From an uncultured Bifidobacteriaceae bacterium (lineage in GTDB: Bacteria > Acidobacteriota > Vicinamibacteria > Vicinamibacterales > UBA2999), in assembly GCA_964526235.1 (NCBI GenBank), contig CAZGLC010000031.1:1-24000 (forward strand): 24,000 nucleotides of DNA, written 5' to 3'. Shown here one piece after another: positions 1-7,129 of the stretch. The notes below the pieces were generated by a model. The model made no database searches. It saw only the letters and a list, made by a program, of their open reading frames with translations, and had not been told where the DNA came from. The stretch's first letter is position 1. Each line of letters opens with the position of its first letter. The position numbers and the translations under genes are program-made.

Positions 1-290
1 CGGCTGCCCCACATCCGCTCCAGCTCCACGCCGAACATCCAGAGCGCCAGCATGTTGAACAGGATGTGGAAGATTCCGCCGTGCAGGAACATGTACGTGA
101 ACGGCTGCCAGAAGTACAGCCGCTCGACGACGTCGGCGGGCCGCAGGCCCAGGAAGACCGTCATGGCCGGGACGACCAGCGCGACCAGGAACGCCGCGAC
201 GTTGACGGCCATCAGCGCCTTGATGGCCGGCGTCAGGGGACCCGGCCCGAACGAAGATGCAAACGTGGATGTGGCGGGATAGCGGCGCAT
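1..290 (-). CDS. Rhomboid family intramembrane serine protease, N-terminal part (3' end runs off the window)
   Basis: Absent from the ORF track because it has no stop in the window. The reverse complement of 1-290 reads from ATG (288-290) as MRRYPATSTFASSFGPGPLTPAIKALMAVNVAAFLVALVVPAMTVFLGLRPADVVERLYFWQPFTYMFLHGGIFHILFNMLALWMFGVELERMWGS. The segment WQPFTYMFLHGGxxHxxxNMxxLxxFGxxxE is the classic rhomboid TM2 signature. GC3-rich codon usage matches the host. Confidence 0.8.
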   Translation of the reverse strand, partial: MRRYPATSTFASSFGPGPLTPAIKALMAVNVAAFLVALVVPAMTVFLGLRPADVVERLYFWQPFTYMFLHGGIFHILFNMLALWMFGVELERMWGS

Positions 291-323
291 TACTTCAGTA
301 CTTCAGTCTGTGCCAACCCCGGC

Positions 324-1532
324 CTATCGAGCAACATCTGTACCCGTACTCTCAGCCGTTCCAACGTCGGCGGCACGGGCCGGCGTGTGCCCGAATTTGC
401 CGCGGGGCAGCGGCACCGCGCAGAGCGCGGCGATGAGCGGGGTGAACGCCATCACGACAAGCGCCCGTTCGATCCCGATGCGATCCGCCAGCATGCCGAC
501 GAACGGGACGCTGAGTCCCCCCATCCCCCAGCCGAAGCCCATCATCAGCGAAGAGACGGTCGCGGCGCTGATGGGGGCGATCATCTGGCCAAAGGTGACA
601 TTCACGGGGAGCGTCGACTGCAGCAGAAAGCCGCCGACCGACACGAGGGCGACGAACGTCCAGCCGGTCTGGAGCGGCCCGACGGCGAGAAACGGCACCG
701 ACACCACGAGCGACCAGAGAATGACGTTTCGCGGGCCCCAGCGGTCGGCCACCGGGCCGCCGAGAAACCCGCCCACGCTGCTGGCGACGAGATACACGGC
801 CATGGCGGTGCCTGCCTCCGAGACAGACATGCCGCGCCGCGTCAGCATCACCGGCATGAACGTCGCGAAGCTGAGCGAGGCGAGCGTGCGGAGCACGACG
901 ATCAGATAGAGGAGCGTCAGCGGGCGGCGGTACGGCCGCAGCGCGCGCAGGCCGCCGGACTCGCCGCGGTCGCGGGCCAGGGCGATCGGCGGCACGCGCG
1001 GGAGCAGCATCGCCAGCGCGCCGAGCGCCGGCAGCATCAGGAGCGGTGTCCAGTGCAGGCCGAACCGTTCGGCGAACGGCGCAAACACCACCGGCCCGAG
1101 CGCAAATCCGAGCGCGCCGCCGGTCAGATGAAACGACATCGCAGACGCCTTGCGCTCGCCGCTCATCCGGTGCACGAGCGCCGCCGCGGGCGGATGAAAC
1201 GCGGCCCCGCCCAGGCCGCCGCCGATGAGAATGATGGCGAGGACGAGCGCCGAGGGCGCCAGCCCGATCAGCGCGAGGCCGACGACGGCGACGATCGGAC
1301 CGACGACGACGAGCGCGCGCGGACGCCAGCGGTCGGCGACGTGGCCGAAGCCGAGCTGCGCGACGGAGTTGGCGAGCTGGAAGCACATCTGCAGCGTGCC
1401 GGCGGCCGCGAGCGAGAGATGCAGATGCGGAATCAGCAGCGGCAGCAGCGGCGCGTAGATGTTGCCGAACCCGTCCACGATGAAATGCGTGGAGGCGAGC
1501 AGCCGCACCGTCGGATGCAGGGCGAATTTCAT
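324..1532 (-). CDS. MFS transporter, Fsr (fosmidomycin-resistance)-like subfamily
   Basis: Real start is ATG at 1530-1532 (MKFALHPTVRLLASTHFIVDGFGNIYAPLLPLL...), inside the 657-aa track ORF 324..2297. The upstream 255 aa of that ORF are Arg/Ala-rich read-through of murJ in another frame. The 402-aa product has about 12 hydrophobic helices. The pattern H-F-x-x-D...LPLL...QxxFGHxADR is typical of the FSR family. Its ATG overlaps the murJ stop (ATGA at 1529-1532). Confidence 0.85.
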   Translation of the reverse strand: MKFALHPTVRLLASTHFIVDGFGNIYAPLLPLLIPHLHLSLAAAGTLQMCFQLANSVAQLGFGHVADRWRPRALVVVGPIVAVVGLALIGLAPSALVLAIILIGGGLGGAAFHPPAAALVHRMSGERKASAMSFHLTGGALGFALGPVVFAPFAERFGLHWTPLLMLPALGALAMLLPRVPPIALARDRGESGGLRALRPYRRPLTLLYLIVVLRTLASLSFATFMPVMLTRRGMSVSEAGTAMAVYLVASSVGGFLGGPVADRWGPRNVILWSLVVSVPFLAVGPLQTGWTFVALVSVGGFLLQSTLPVNVTFGQMIAPISAATVSSLMMGFGWGMGGLSVPFVGMLADRIGIERALVVMAFTPLIAALCAVPLPRGKFGHTPARAADVGTAESTGTDVAR

Positions 1533-3169
1533 CGTCGCATCCTGCGCGCCACGATCGCGACCCCCGCCCGGAACTCGCGAATGTGCAGGACGTGGGCGGC
1601 GGCCGCCAGCACGGCCAGCGCCACGCCGATCGCCAGCGCGAGGCGCACGATCTGCAGGAGCAGTGCGTCGCCCGGCAGCCATCGCGCGCCCGCGGCATCG
1701 GCGGCGATGGCGGCGGCAGCCATGAGGGCGGAGGCGACGACGATCCGCAGAAAGGCGCCCGCGACGCGGCCGCCGTCGATGCCATCCAGCCGCCGGCGCA
1801 GCAGCACCATCAGGATCGCCGCGTTGAAGAGCGCGGCGATCGAGGTACCGAGCGCCAGCCCGCGGTAGCCCATCGTCCGCACGAGCGCGACGTTCAGCGC
1901 GGCATTGACCAGGACGGTCGCCACGCTGACGAGCACCGGCGTGCGGTTCTGCCCGAGCGCATAAAAGACCGGCGACGCTATCCGCACGATCGAGTAGCCG
2001 ACCAGTCCGATCGCGTAGAACTGGAGCGCCGCGGCCGTCGCCGCCGTGTCGGCCGCCGTGAAGGCGGCGCGCTCGAAGATCACCCGCACGATCGGCGTGG
2101 CGAGCACGACCAGTCCGACCGTCGCCGGCACGTTGAGCATCAGCATCAGCGTCAGGCCGTCGGCCACGGTGCCCCGCACGCGCTGCTCGTCGTCGAGCGC
2201 GGCGTGGCGTGACACCGCCGGGAGCGTCGCCGCCGCAATCGAGATGCCGAAGAGCCCGATCGGCAGATACATCAGCCGGAACGCGTAGTTGAGCCACGAC
2301 ACGGCGCCCGTTCCCTCGCTGGTGGCGAGTATCGTGTTCACGAAGACGTTGACCTGCGTGGCGGCCAGCCCGATCGTGCCCGGCCCCATCAGCACCAGCA
2401 CGCGGCGGAGCCCCTCGTCATGCCAGTCGAGGACGGGCCGGTAGCGGAACCCCTCGCGCCGCAGGATCGGCCACTGCAGCGCGAGCTGCGCGACGCCGCC
2501 GAGGAGCGTCCCGAACGCGATCGCGGTGATCGGCTCCAGGCCGAGGCCCGGCATGAGCGGCACGAGCAGCAGCGCACAGGTGATGGTCGCGACGTTGTAG
2601 GTGGCCGGCGAGAGGGCAGGGATGAAGAAGCGGTGCAGGGAATTGAGCATGCCCATGCACGCGGCGGCAAGCGCGACGAAGGTCAGGAACGGCAGCATCA
2701 GCCGCGTCAGAAACACGGTGAGCTCGAGCTTGCCCGCGACGCCTCGATAGGCGCCGGCAAAGAGCTCGACCAGCGGTTCGGCGAACGCCACTCCCAGGAC
2801 GACGATCACCAGCGTGATGACGATCAGGCCGTTGATGACGTAGTTGGCGAGGCGCCAGGCCGATTCCTTTCCGGCGGTGGTGAGGTGGCGCGTGAACGTC
2901 GGCACGAACGCACTGCTCATGGCGCCTTCGGCGAAGAGATCGCGCATCAGGTTCGGGATGCGGTACGCCACGTTGTAGGCGTCCATGGCGTTGCCGGCGC
3001 CAAACAGCGCCGCGAGCACCTGCTCGCGCACGACGCCCAGAATGCGGCTCGTCATCGTCGCCGCGCCGGCCGACGCGGCGGAGCGCGCGAGCGTGGCTGA
3101 GGAGGAGACGGGGGAGCTAGGCGCCAAGCTTGCGGCGGACGGCTTCGTTGACCGCGCGGCCGTCCGCAT
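1529..3169 (-). CDS. murJ: Lipid II flippase MurJ (MviN family)
   Basis: Track ORF of 546 aa, polytopic. The N-terminus LARSAASAGAATMTSRILGVVREQVLAALFGAGNAMDAYNVAYRIPNLMRDLFAEGAMSSAFVPTF matches the MurJ signature, as recalled from E. coli MurJ (LKSLAAVSSMTMFSRVLGFARD..FGAG..DAF..A...PN..RR.FAEGAFSQAFVP). Start is uncertain. ATG 3169 keeps the conserved TM1 residues but overlaps the upstream gene by 53 nt. ATG 3055 would remove them. Confidence 0.9.
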   Translation of the reverse strand: MRTAARSTKPSAASLAPSSPVSSSATLARSAASAGAATMTSRILGVVREQVLAALFGAGNAMDAYNVAYRIPNLMRDLFAEGAMSSAFVPTFTRHLTTAGKESAWRLANYVINGLIVITLVIVVLGVAFAEPLVELFAGAYRGVAGKLELTVFLTRLMLPFLTFVALAAACMGMLNSLHRFFIPALSPATYNVATITCALLLVPLMPGLGLEPITAIAFGTLLGGVAQLALQWPILRREGFRYRPVLDWHDEGLRRVLVLMGPGTIGLAATQVNVFVNTILATSEGTGAVSWLNYAFRLMYLPIGLFGISIAAATLPAVSRHAALDDEQRVRGTVADGLTLMLMLNVPATVGLVVLATPIVRVIFERAAFTAADTAATAAALQFYAIGLVGYSIVRIASPVFYALGQNRTPVLVSVATVLVNAALNVALVRTMGYRGLALGTSIAALFNAAILMVLLRRRLDGIDGGRVAGAFLRIVVASALMAAAAIAADAAGARWLPGDALLLQIVRLALAIGVALAVLAAAAHVLHIREFRAGVAIVARRMRR

Positions 3170-3566
3170 TCTTGCCGGCGAGCTTCGGCATGACGGCCTT
3201 CATCACCTTGCCGATGTCCTTGGCTGACGAGGCGCCCGTGTCGGCGATGGCGGCGCCAATGGCGGCGTCGATCTCCTCCGGCGTGGCGGCGGGCGGCAAG
3301 TAGGCCCCGAGCACCGTGATTTCACCGGTCTCCTTGTCGACGAGATCGGTCCGTCCGGCCTTCGAGAACTGCTCGATCGAGTCGCGCCGCTGCTTGACGA
3401 GCGACGTCACCACCTGCACCACCTCGGGGTCGTCCAGCGTGCGCCCCTTCTCGACTTCCTTGTTCATGATGGCCGCCTTCATCATGCGGAGCGCCGAGAG
3501 ACGCGCGGAGTCTCTCGCCTTCATCGCGGTCGCGATGTCGGCGTTCACCTGCTCAGTGAGTGTCAT
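3117..3566 (-). CDS. GatB/YqeY domain-containing protein
   Basis: Likely start is ATG 3564-3566 (MTLTEQVNADIATAMKARDSARLSALRMMKAAIMNKEVEKGRTLDDPEVVQVVTSLVKQRRDSIEQF...GRTDLVDKE..EI.VL..YLP), 149 aa, typical YqeY family sequence. The start overlaps the upstream gene's stop by 1 nt (TGATG). Confidence 0.85.
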   Translation of the reverse strand: MTLTEQVNADIATAMKARDSARLSALRMMKAAIMNKEVEKGRTLDDPEVVQVVTSLVKQRRDSIEQFSKAGRTDLVDKETGEITVLGAYLPPAATPEEIDAAIGAAIADTGASSAKDIGKVMKAVMPKLAGKNADGRAVNEAVRRKLGA

Positions 3567-4609
3567 CAGTGATCCTGATCCGAATCGCCGTAGGTGATGT
3601 GCCATCCGTCGGTATCGTCGTAAAACCCCTTTGGTACCTGAACGGCGTTGATCTTGACGCTCACCTCGAGCGACGACTTCACGTTGAAGTAGCCGTTGCG
3701 GCGGAGCACGCGCCGGAAGGGGCCGTGCATCACATAGCAGCGCACCTTGTCGGCGTCTTCGGCGCGGGCGGCGCGGTCGACCCAGCGCAGCAGCGTCTTG
3801 AGTCCCGAGACATCATCCGGGTCCACGAGGAAGTCGACGAGCATGGTCACGCGGCCGAGCGGCTCATGGCGATGACGGTACACCGCGTAGCCGTGCAGCT
3901 CGCCTTGCCGCCGCAGTGCGACGACCGAATAGCGCACGTGCGGCGGCTCGATGTACCGCCAGTTCAGGTACGGTGCGTCGCGCCGGACCGCGAGGTCGAA
4001 TTTCGGGGCGAACCGCTCCCAGAGCCGCGTGAACTCGGTGTCGAAGCGGCGGATCGGCTCGCACTCGGCGCGGAGCGGCCGCGAGCGCGCCACGATCCGG
4101 ATGACCGGGTGCGTGACCGCCGACACCAGACGGTTGAGCAGCATCGGCCAGTTCGGCAGGCGCACGGCGCGCCGCGTGAGCGGCTTCACGAGGCACGGCA
4201 GCGCGTGGGCGGGCGGCCAGTGCAGCCGATCGAGGAGGCGGCGCGCGTCGCCGGGCGCGCCGAGCATCAGCACCGCGCCGGTGTTGCGATCCCACGCGCG
4301 GACGAGCGCCTCGTCGAGTCCCTGGCTGTCGCGCTCCGGCGCGACGAGCGCGCCGGTGCCCCAGGCGCCGTCGACCTCGAGCGCCTTGAGCGACATCCGC
4401 ACGGGCAGCGTCGGGTAGTGACCGACGACCGTCGGGCCCTCGCGCGCGACCCAGATGCCGGGCTGTCCGCCCGGGTTGTACGGATTGCGCCGGTGCTGCC
4501 AGTCCCATCGCAGCCGGTTGGCCTCGGCCGCATCGGGTCCGTGCGTACGGCGATAGAGCGTGTCGACGCCGCGACGATCGTCGGCCTTGAAACGATCAAT
4601 CTCTGACAT
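3566..4609 (-). CDS. Two-domain GNAT-like acyltransferase (function unknown)
   Basis: 347-aa track ORF with host-like GC3 codon usage. The C-terminal half (APYLNWRY...ELHGYAVYRH....GRVTMLVDFLV...LLRWVDRAARAEDADKVRCYV...FRRVLRRNGYF) looks like a GNAT fold preceded by a second degenerate GNAT-like domain. The family call is from memory of motif patterns, not a database search. Confidence 0.6.
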   Translation of the reverse strand: MSEIDRFKADDRRGVDTLYRRTHGPDAAEANRLRWDWQHRRNPYNPGGQPGIWVAREGPTVVGHYPTLPVRMSLKALEVDGAWGTGALVAPERDSQGLDEALVRAWDRNTGAVLMLGAPGDARRLLDRLHWPPAHALPCLVKPLTRRAVRLPNWPMLLNRLVSAVTHPVIRIVARSRPLRAECEPIRRFDTEFTRLWERFAPKFDLAVRRDAPYLNWRYIEPPHVRYSVVALRRQGELHGYAVYRHRHEPLGRVTMLVDFLVDPDDVSGLKTLLRWVDRAARAEDADKVRCYVMHGPFRRVLRRNGYFNVKSSLEVSVKINAVQVPKGFYDDTDGWHITYGDSDQDH

Positions 4610-4704
4610 GCGAACGCAGCACAGGCACGAACGTGAACACGAAGAGAGAGGTGAGTACCGAGAAATGTGAACGGTGCGTGCTGTTTATTGTACGCGGTTG
4701 CAGG

Positions 4705-5484
4705 CTACGGCCGTGGCTGTGGCTGCTGCGGCCGCGGGGCGGGTGAGATCACGCCGGGCGTCGTCGACGAGCCGGCGGGAATGCCGAAGGGATTGCCCGG
4801 CGTCGGCGCCACGGCGGGCTGCGTGCCGGGTGTCGTGTCTTCAGGATCCGGCTGCTCGGGAACGAGCTCGGGCCCGGCGCCGCCGGGCGGCATCATTGGC
4901 GGGCGCACGAGCTGTCGTGGGAGTGGGCCGGGGCGCGGCTGCGGAGCGAGGGGCGCCGCCACTTGATCGGCAGCCGGGTCCACGCCGGGATCGTCGGGCT
5001 GTCCGACGTCGGCCGGTTCGTCCGCCACGATCGTGTCTGGCGCAGGCACCGGCACTGGAGGACGAGCGAGCACCAGGGGTCGCGGCATCGGCGAGGGACG
5101 CCCGGCGGCGGCCGGCGCCGGCGGCGGGGTCCGCGGCGCGACGCTCGTCGGCAGAATCATGATGCGATCGAACGCGGACGCGCCGGTCGTGCCCGCACGG
5201 CGGGGCGCGAGCATGTAGCCGGCCACCGCGCGCAGCACGATGTCGAGCGCCTGCCGCTCGGGCACGCCCGTCAGTTCGAGCGTGAGCGGCGGCCCGGTGA
5301 CGCGGTCGCCGTTGACGACCGTGGCGCCGCCCAGGCGCGCCCACTCTGCGAGAATGGCGCGGACGGGTGCATTCTGCGTCCGCAGCGTCACCCGGCCCTC
5401 CTGGAACTGCAGCTGTACGGGCTGCTGCGCCGGTGACGCAGCGGCGGCCAGCAGGATCAGCGCGGCAAGGATTGTGACCCGCAT
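4705..5484 (-). CDS. Secreted protein: signal peptide, small globular domain, then a roughly 150-aa proline-rich tail
   Basis: 259-aa track ORF. The N-terminus MRVTILAALILLAAAASPAQQ is a signal peptide. Residues about 25-95 (VTLRTQNAPVRAILAEWARLGGATVVNGDRVTGPPLTLELTGVPERQALDIVLRAVAGY) resemble a secretin/TonB N-terminal (STN)-like domain, which is inference. The remainder is P/A/G-rich low complexity. Codon usage is host-like. Confidence 0.7.
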   Translation of the reverse strand: MRVTILAALILLAAAASPAQQPVQLQFQEGRVTLRTQNAPVRAILAEWARLGGATVVNGDRVTGPPLTLELTGVPERQALDIVLRAVAGYMLAPRRAGTTGASAFDRIMILPTSVAPRTPPPAPAAAGRPSPMPRPLVLARPPVPVPAPDTIVADEPADVGQPDDPGVDPAADQVAAPLAPQPRPGPLPRQLVRPPMMPPGGAGPELVPEQPDPEDTTPGTQPAVAPTPGNPFGIPAGSSTTPGVISPAPRPQQPQPRP

Positions 5485-5604
5485 CCAAGCCTATTGTAAT
5501 CCCGCAGGCATCGGTTCGGGCGATACCGAGTCGATGTGAGTAGTGGCCTCATTCGGAGCCTTTCGAACCGCCACGGCGATGCCGTCCGGCGGGCCGCCGG
5601 CTCC

Positions 5605-5793
5605 GCATGCCGGGAAATCGCGCTCCGACTCGCTGCCCTTCCGCTCCCCGCGTTGACTAGCAGCTGACTCGCGGCGGAGTCGGTCAGGCGCAATCGGACC
5701 GCCCGTGGCGATTCGCGCGTCCGGGAGCACATGGACGGAAGTCAACGCGGCACCTCGCTCCGCGCGATTTCCGGATCCGTGCGTCGGCATGCT
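5605..5793. repeat. About 190-bp nested inverted-repeat (long-hairpin / MITE-like) element in a non-coding region
   Basis: Three nested perfect stems: gcatgccg 5605-5612 with cggcatgc 5786-5793; ggaaatcgcgc 5613-5623 with gcgcgatttcc 5762-5772; ccgcgttgact 5648-5658 with agtcaacgcgg 5740-5750. There is also an inner stem gcgcaatcg 5688-5696 with cgatt(c)gcgc 5709-5718. No convincing ORF covers it. Confidence 0.5.
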
Positions 5794-6055
5794 CCGACGG
5801 CGTCCGCCGTCCGCCATCGCCGCGGCGGCAGCTCTGAATGTGGTCGAATGAGTTCTTCGGGGGTGCTCTTCATCTAGTGCGAGAGTCAGCAAATGTTGCA
5901 AGTGATGAGGCTAATCCCAGTGTATTCAGCAGCAGGAACAATGGAAATAGATCGAACCACACGGCCTCCCAGAACAGGCCATGATTCGAAAGCACCCACG
6001 GCATGAATTCCAACGCGTTCCGGCGAATCGAGGCGTGTTCGGAGTTGTGATCTAT

Positions 6056-6664
6056 CTATCCAAGGCCACCAAGCCCAAACTTAAATCTCCTGTGGATGTG
6101 ACGGTAGTCGTGCCAGGCTCCGCGCCAATCAGCTCGCTCGTGAAGACCAGAAGCTGTCGCAACATTCGGATATCCGGCAAGCAGCTGGCGGATGCCGGGC
6201 AACGCGCGTTTCCAGGCAGTTCGATCGCCCTCGTTAATCGCGTCCACGATCAGGAGCGCACGGCAATTGGCATTCGCTCCTAAGCGTTGCAGCGCCCTCA
6301 GAAGCCGCTCGGGTGTGCTTGCCAGGCCGGTAATTCGACAAATGCCAACCAGCGGATCCTCGGTGTCTGGCAACTGCTGGCCGAGACAGAGCAAGGTCGG
6401 CAGCCGCTCCGACATTCGTCGACGCGTCAGATCGCACAGCGAATGAGTCTTTCCAGTCCCCCACCTCCCGAGAACCAAGAGAGCATTAGTCGCCATGACC
6501 TGAAAGCTTGGCGATTCTATGAAGGTAGCGACGCTTCCGAGCGCAAAGGAGAATCGTTGGAGTCGTGCCAGCTGATGATCGAGCGTTCTGTGGGCTTCGG
6601 TGTCCCGAGGCGTATTCATGAATGTCGTGCGAAGGCTCTCGAGCCGACGATTAGTCAATCCCAT
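6056..6664 (-). pseudogene. Fragment of a STAND/NACHT-like P-loop NTPase (frameshifted and truncated)
   Basis: 202-aa track ORF with Walker A (LLVLGRWGTGKTHSL) and Walker B (ALLIVDAINEG). About 30 aa after Walker B, the expected sensor-1-like hhhhTS motif appears only in the adjacent frame (LRQLLVFTSELIG, around 6125-6165), implying a frameshift. All frames close by about 6050, whereas relatives of this family are far longer. GC content is well below the flanks. An in-frame TAG lies just upstream at 6719-6721. Confidence 0.55.
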
Positions 6665-6744
6665 TCCTACGAGATGAGCACGAACCGCAAACCAAAAAGC
6701 CTCCGTTGCAGCGGGGCTCTAGTGTTGAGCGGACAATGTTGAGA

Positions 6745-6771
6745 ACGGCGGCCGCGAGCGCGGGCCGCCGT
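6745..6771. terminator. GC-rich hairpin, candidate (bidirectional) terminator
   Basis: acggcggcc (6745-6753) pairs perfectly with ggccgccgt (6763-6771) around a 9-nt loop. It abuts the stop codon of the 6771..7076 ORF. The downstream tracts are only weakly U-rich (minus strand UUCUCAACAUUGU; plus strand UCAUUGAUCU), so confidence is low. Confidence 0.3.
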
Positions 6772-7076
6772 CATTGATCTGCGAAGGCTATTCCGTCGGC
6801 GGAATCTCGTTGAACCCAGGCGTCGTTGGCATCTCGTCGAGATACACGAGTCGATAGAGGACGCCGTACATATTTCGTATGAATCGGTGAGGGAGCAGAA
6901 TCCGAACTAAAGATTAGGACGCTCCAAGAAAGAAACCACCAGGTTGGAAAAAGGAATGAGTCTCGAGGAATGCCGCTAAGCCTGAGAAAGAAAAAGGCGA
7001 GCCAAATGAGCAGTGCCGCTGCGATTCCGCTCCACGGTGAAAATGGCGCGAACTCCGCGAAGAGATCCGGAGACAT
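6771..7076 (-). CDS. Hypothetical small membrane protein (2 predicted TM helices) in the low-GC islet
   Basis: 101-aa track ORF with two hydrophobic segments (WSGIAAALLIWLAFFFLRLSG; FLFPTWWFLSWSVLIFSS) and a polar C-terminal tail. AT-rich codons are atypical of the host. No obvious Shine-Dalgarno sequence and no recognisable family. Confidence 0.35.
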   Translation of the reverse strand: MSPDLFAEFAPFSPWSGIAAALLIWLAFFFLRLSGIPRDSFLFPTWWFLSWSVLIFSSDSAPSPIHTKYVRRPLSTRVSRRDANDAWVQRDSADGIAFADQ

Positions 7077-7105
7077 GTTGTGAGGGCGAAGTACAGCTGG
7101 GAGTT

Positions 7106-7129
7106 CTCCGTGTCTCGGTGTCTCAGTGG
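7106..7129. repeat. 3x tandem octamer repeat CTCNGTGN (CACNGAGN on the transcribed minus strand)
   Basis: ctccgtgt ctcggtgt ctcagtgg at 7106-7129, 37 nt downstream of the SDR gene stop. Same octamer family as both arms of the hairpin at 23158-23213. Confidence 0.5.

Noticed and set aside
291-306. Tandem duplication tacttcag x2 immediately upstream of the rhomboid start codon
   Set aside because: Only 16 nt in total. It could be replication slippage or chance, and there is no further structure or recurrence in the window.
66-1868. 600-aa plus-strand ORF (and nested ORFs 310..909, 1046..1228, 1225..1458, 1459..1725, 1583..2212, 2420..3100) opposite the MFS and murJ genes
   Set aside because: Arg/Asp/Glu/His/Ala-rich low-complexity translations with no motifs. 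These are classic antisense shadow ORFs of high-GC genes, and the opposite strand encodes well-supported membrane proteins.
1533-2297. N-terminal extensions of track ORFs 324..2297, 7166..8800, 9165..10811, 10019..11131, 10732..11718 and the 352..1785 frame
   Set aside because: The extensions run through the upstream gene in another frame and are Arg/Ala-rich. The family-conserved N-termini begin at internal ATG, GTG or TTG codons that sit at 1-11 nt overlaps with the upstream stop codons.
4667-5488. Plus-strand ORFs 4667..4966, 4674..5162, 4963..5436 and minus-strand ORF 4841..5488 overlapping the proline-rich protein gene
   Set aside because: Alternative-frame and antisense readings of a Pro/Ala/Gly-rich GC-dense gene. 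The 4705..5484 frame alone has a signal peptide and a plausible folded domain.
5493-5498. TACAAT hexamer (minus strand) 10 nt upstream of the 5484 ATG as a promoter -10 element
   Set aside because: Not listed as a feature because no acceptable -35 (only CCGAAC-like sequence) is present at 17-18 nt. It is kept only as a caveat when interpreting the upstream inverted-repeat element.
5540-5600. Possible cobalamin riboswitch: the minus-strand RNA contains ..gaggccactac.., reminiscent of the GCCACTG B12 box
   Set aside because: Only a 6-nt partial match. The other conserved cobalamin riboswitch blocks (GGGAA, CCGGTG-type junction sequences in the proper order) are not present, and the downstream gene has no link to B12.
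5491-5901. 136-aa minus-strand ORF (and 5457..5732) in the non-coding region upstream of the proline-rich gene
   Set aside because: No motifs, Arg/Ala/Gly-rich, and it spans the nested inverted-repeat element. It also overlaps the change in composition at about 5880. It is better explained as non-coding.
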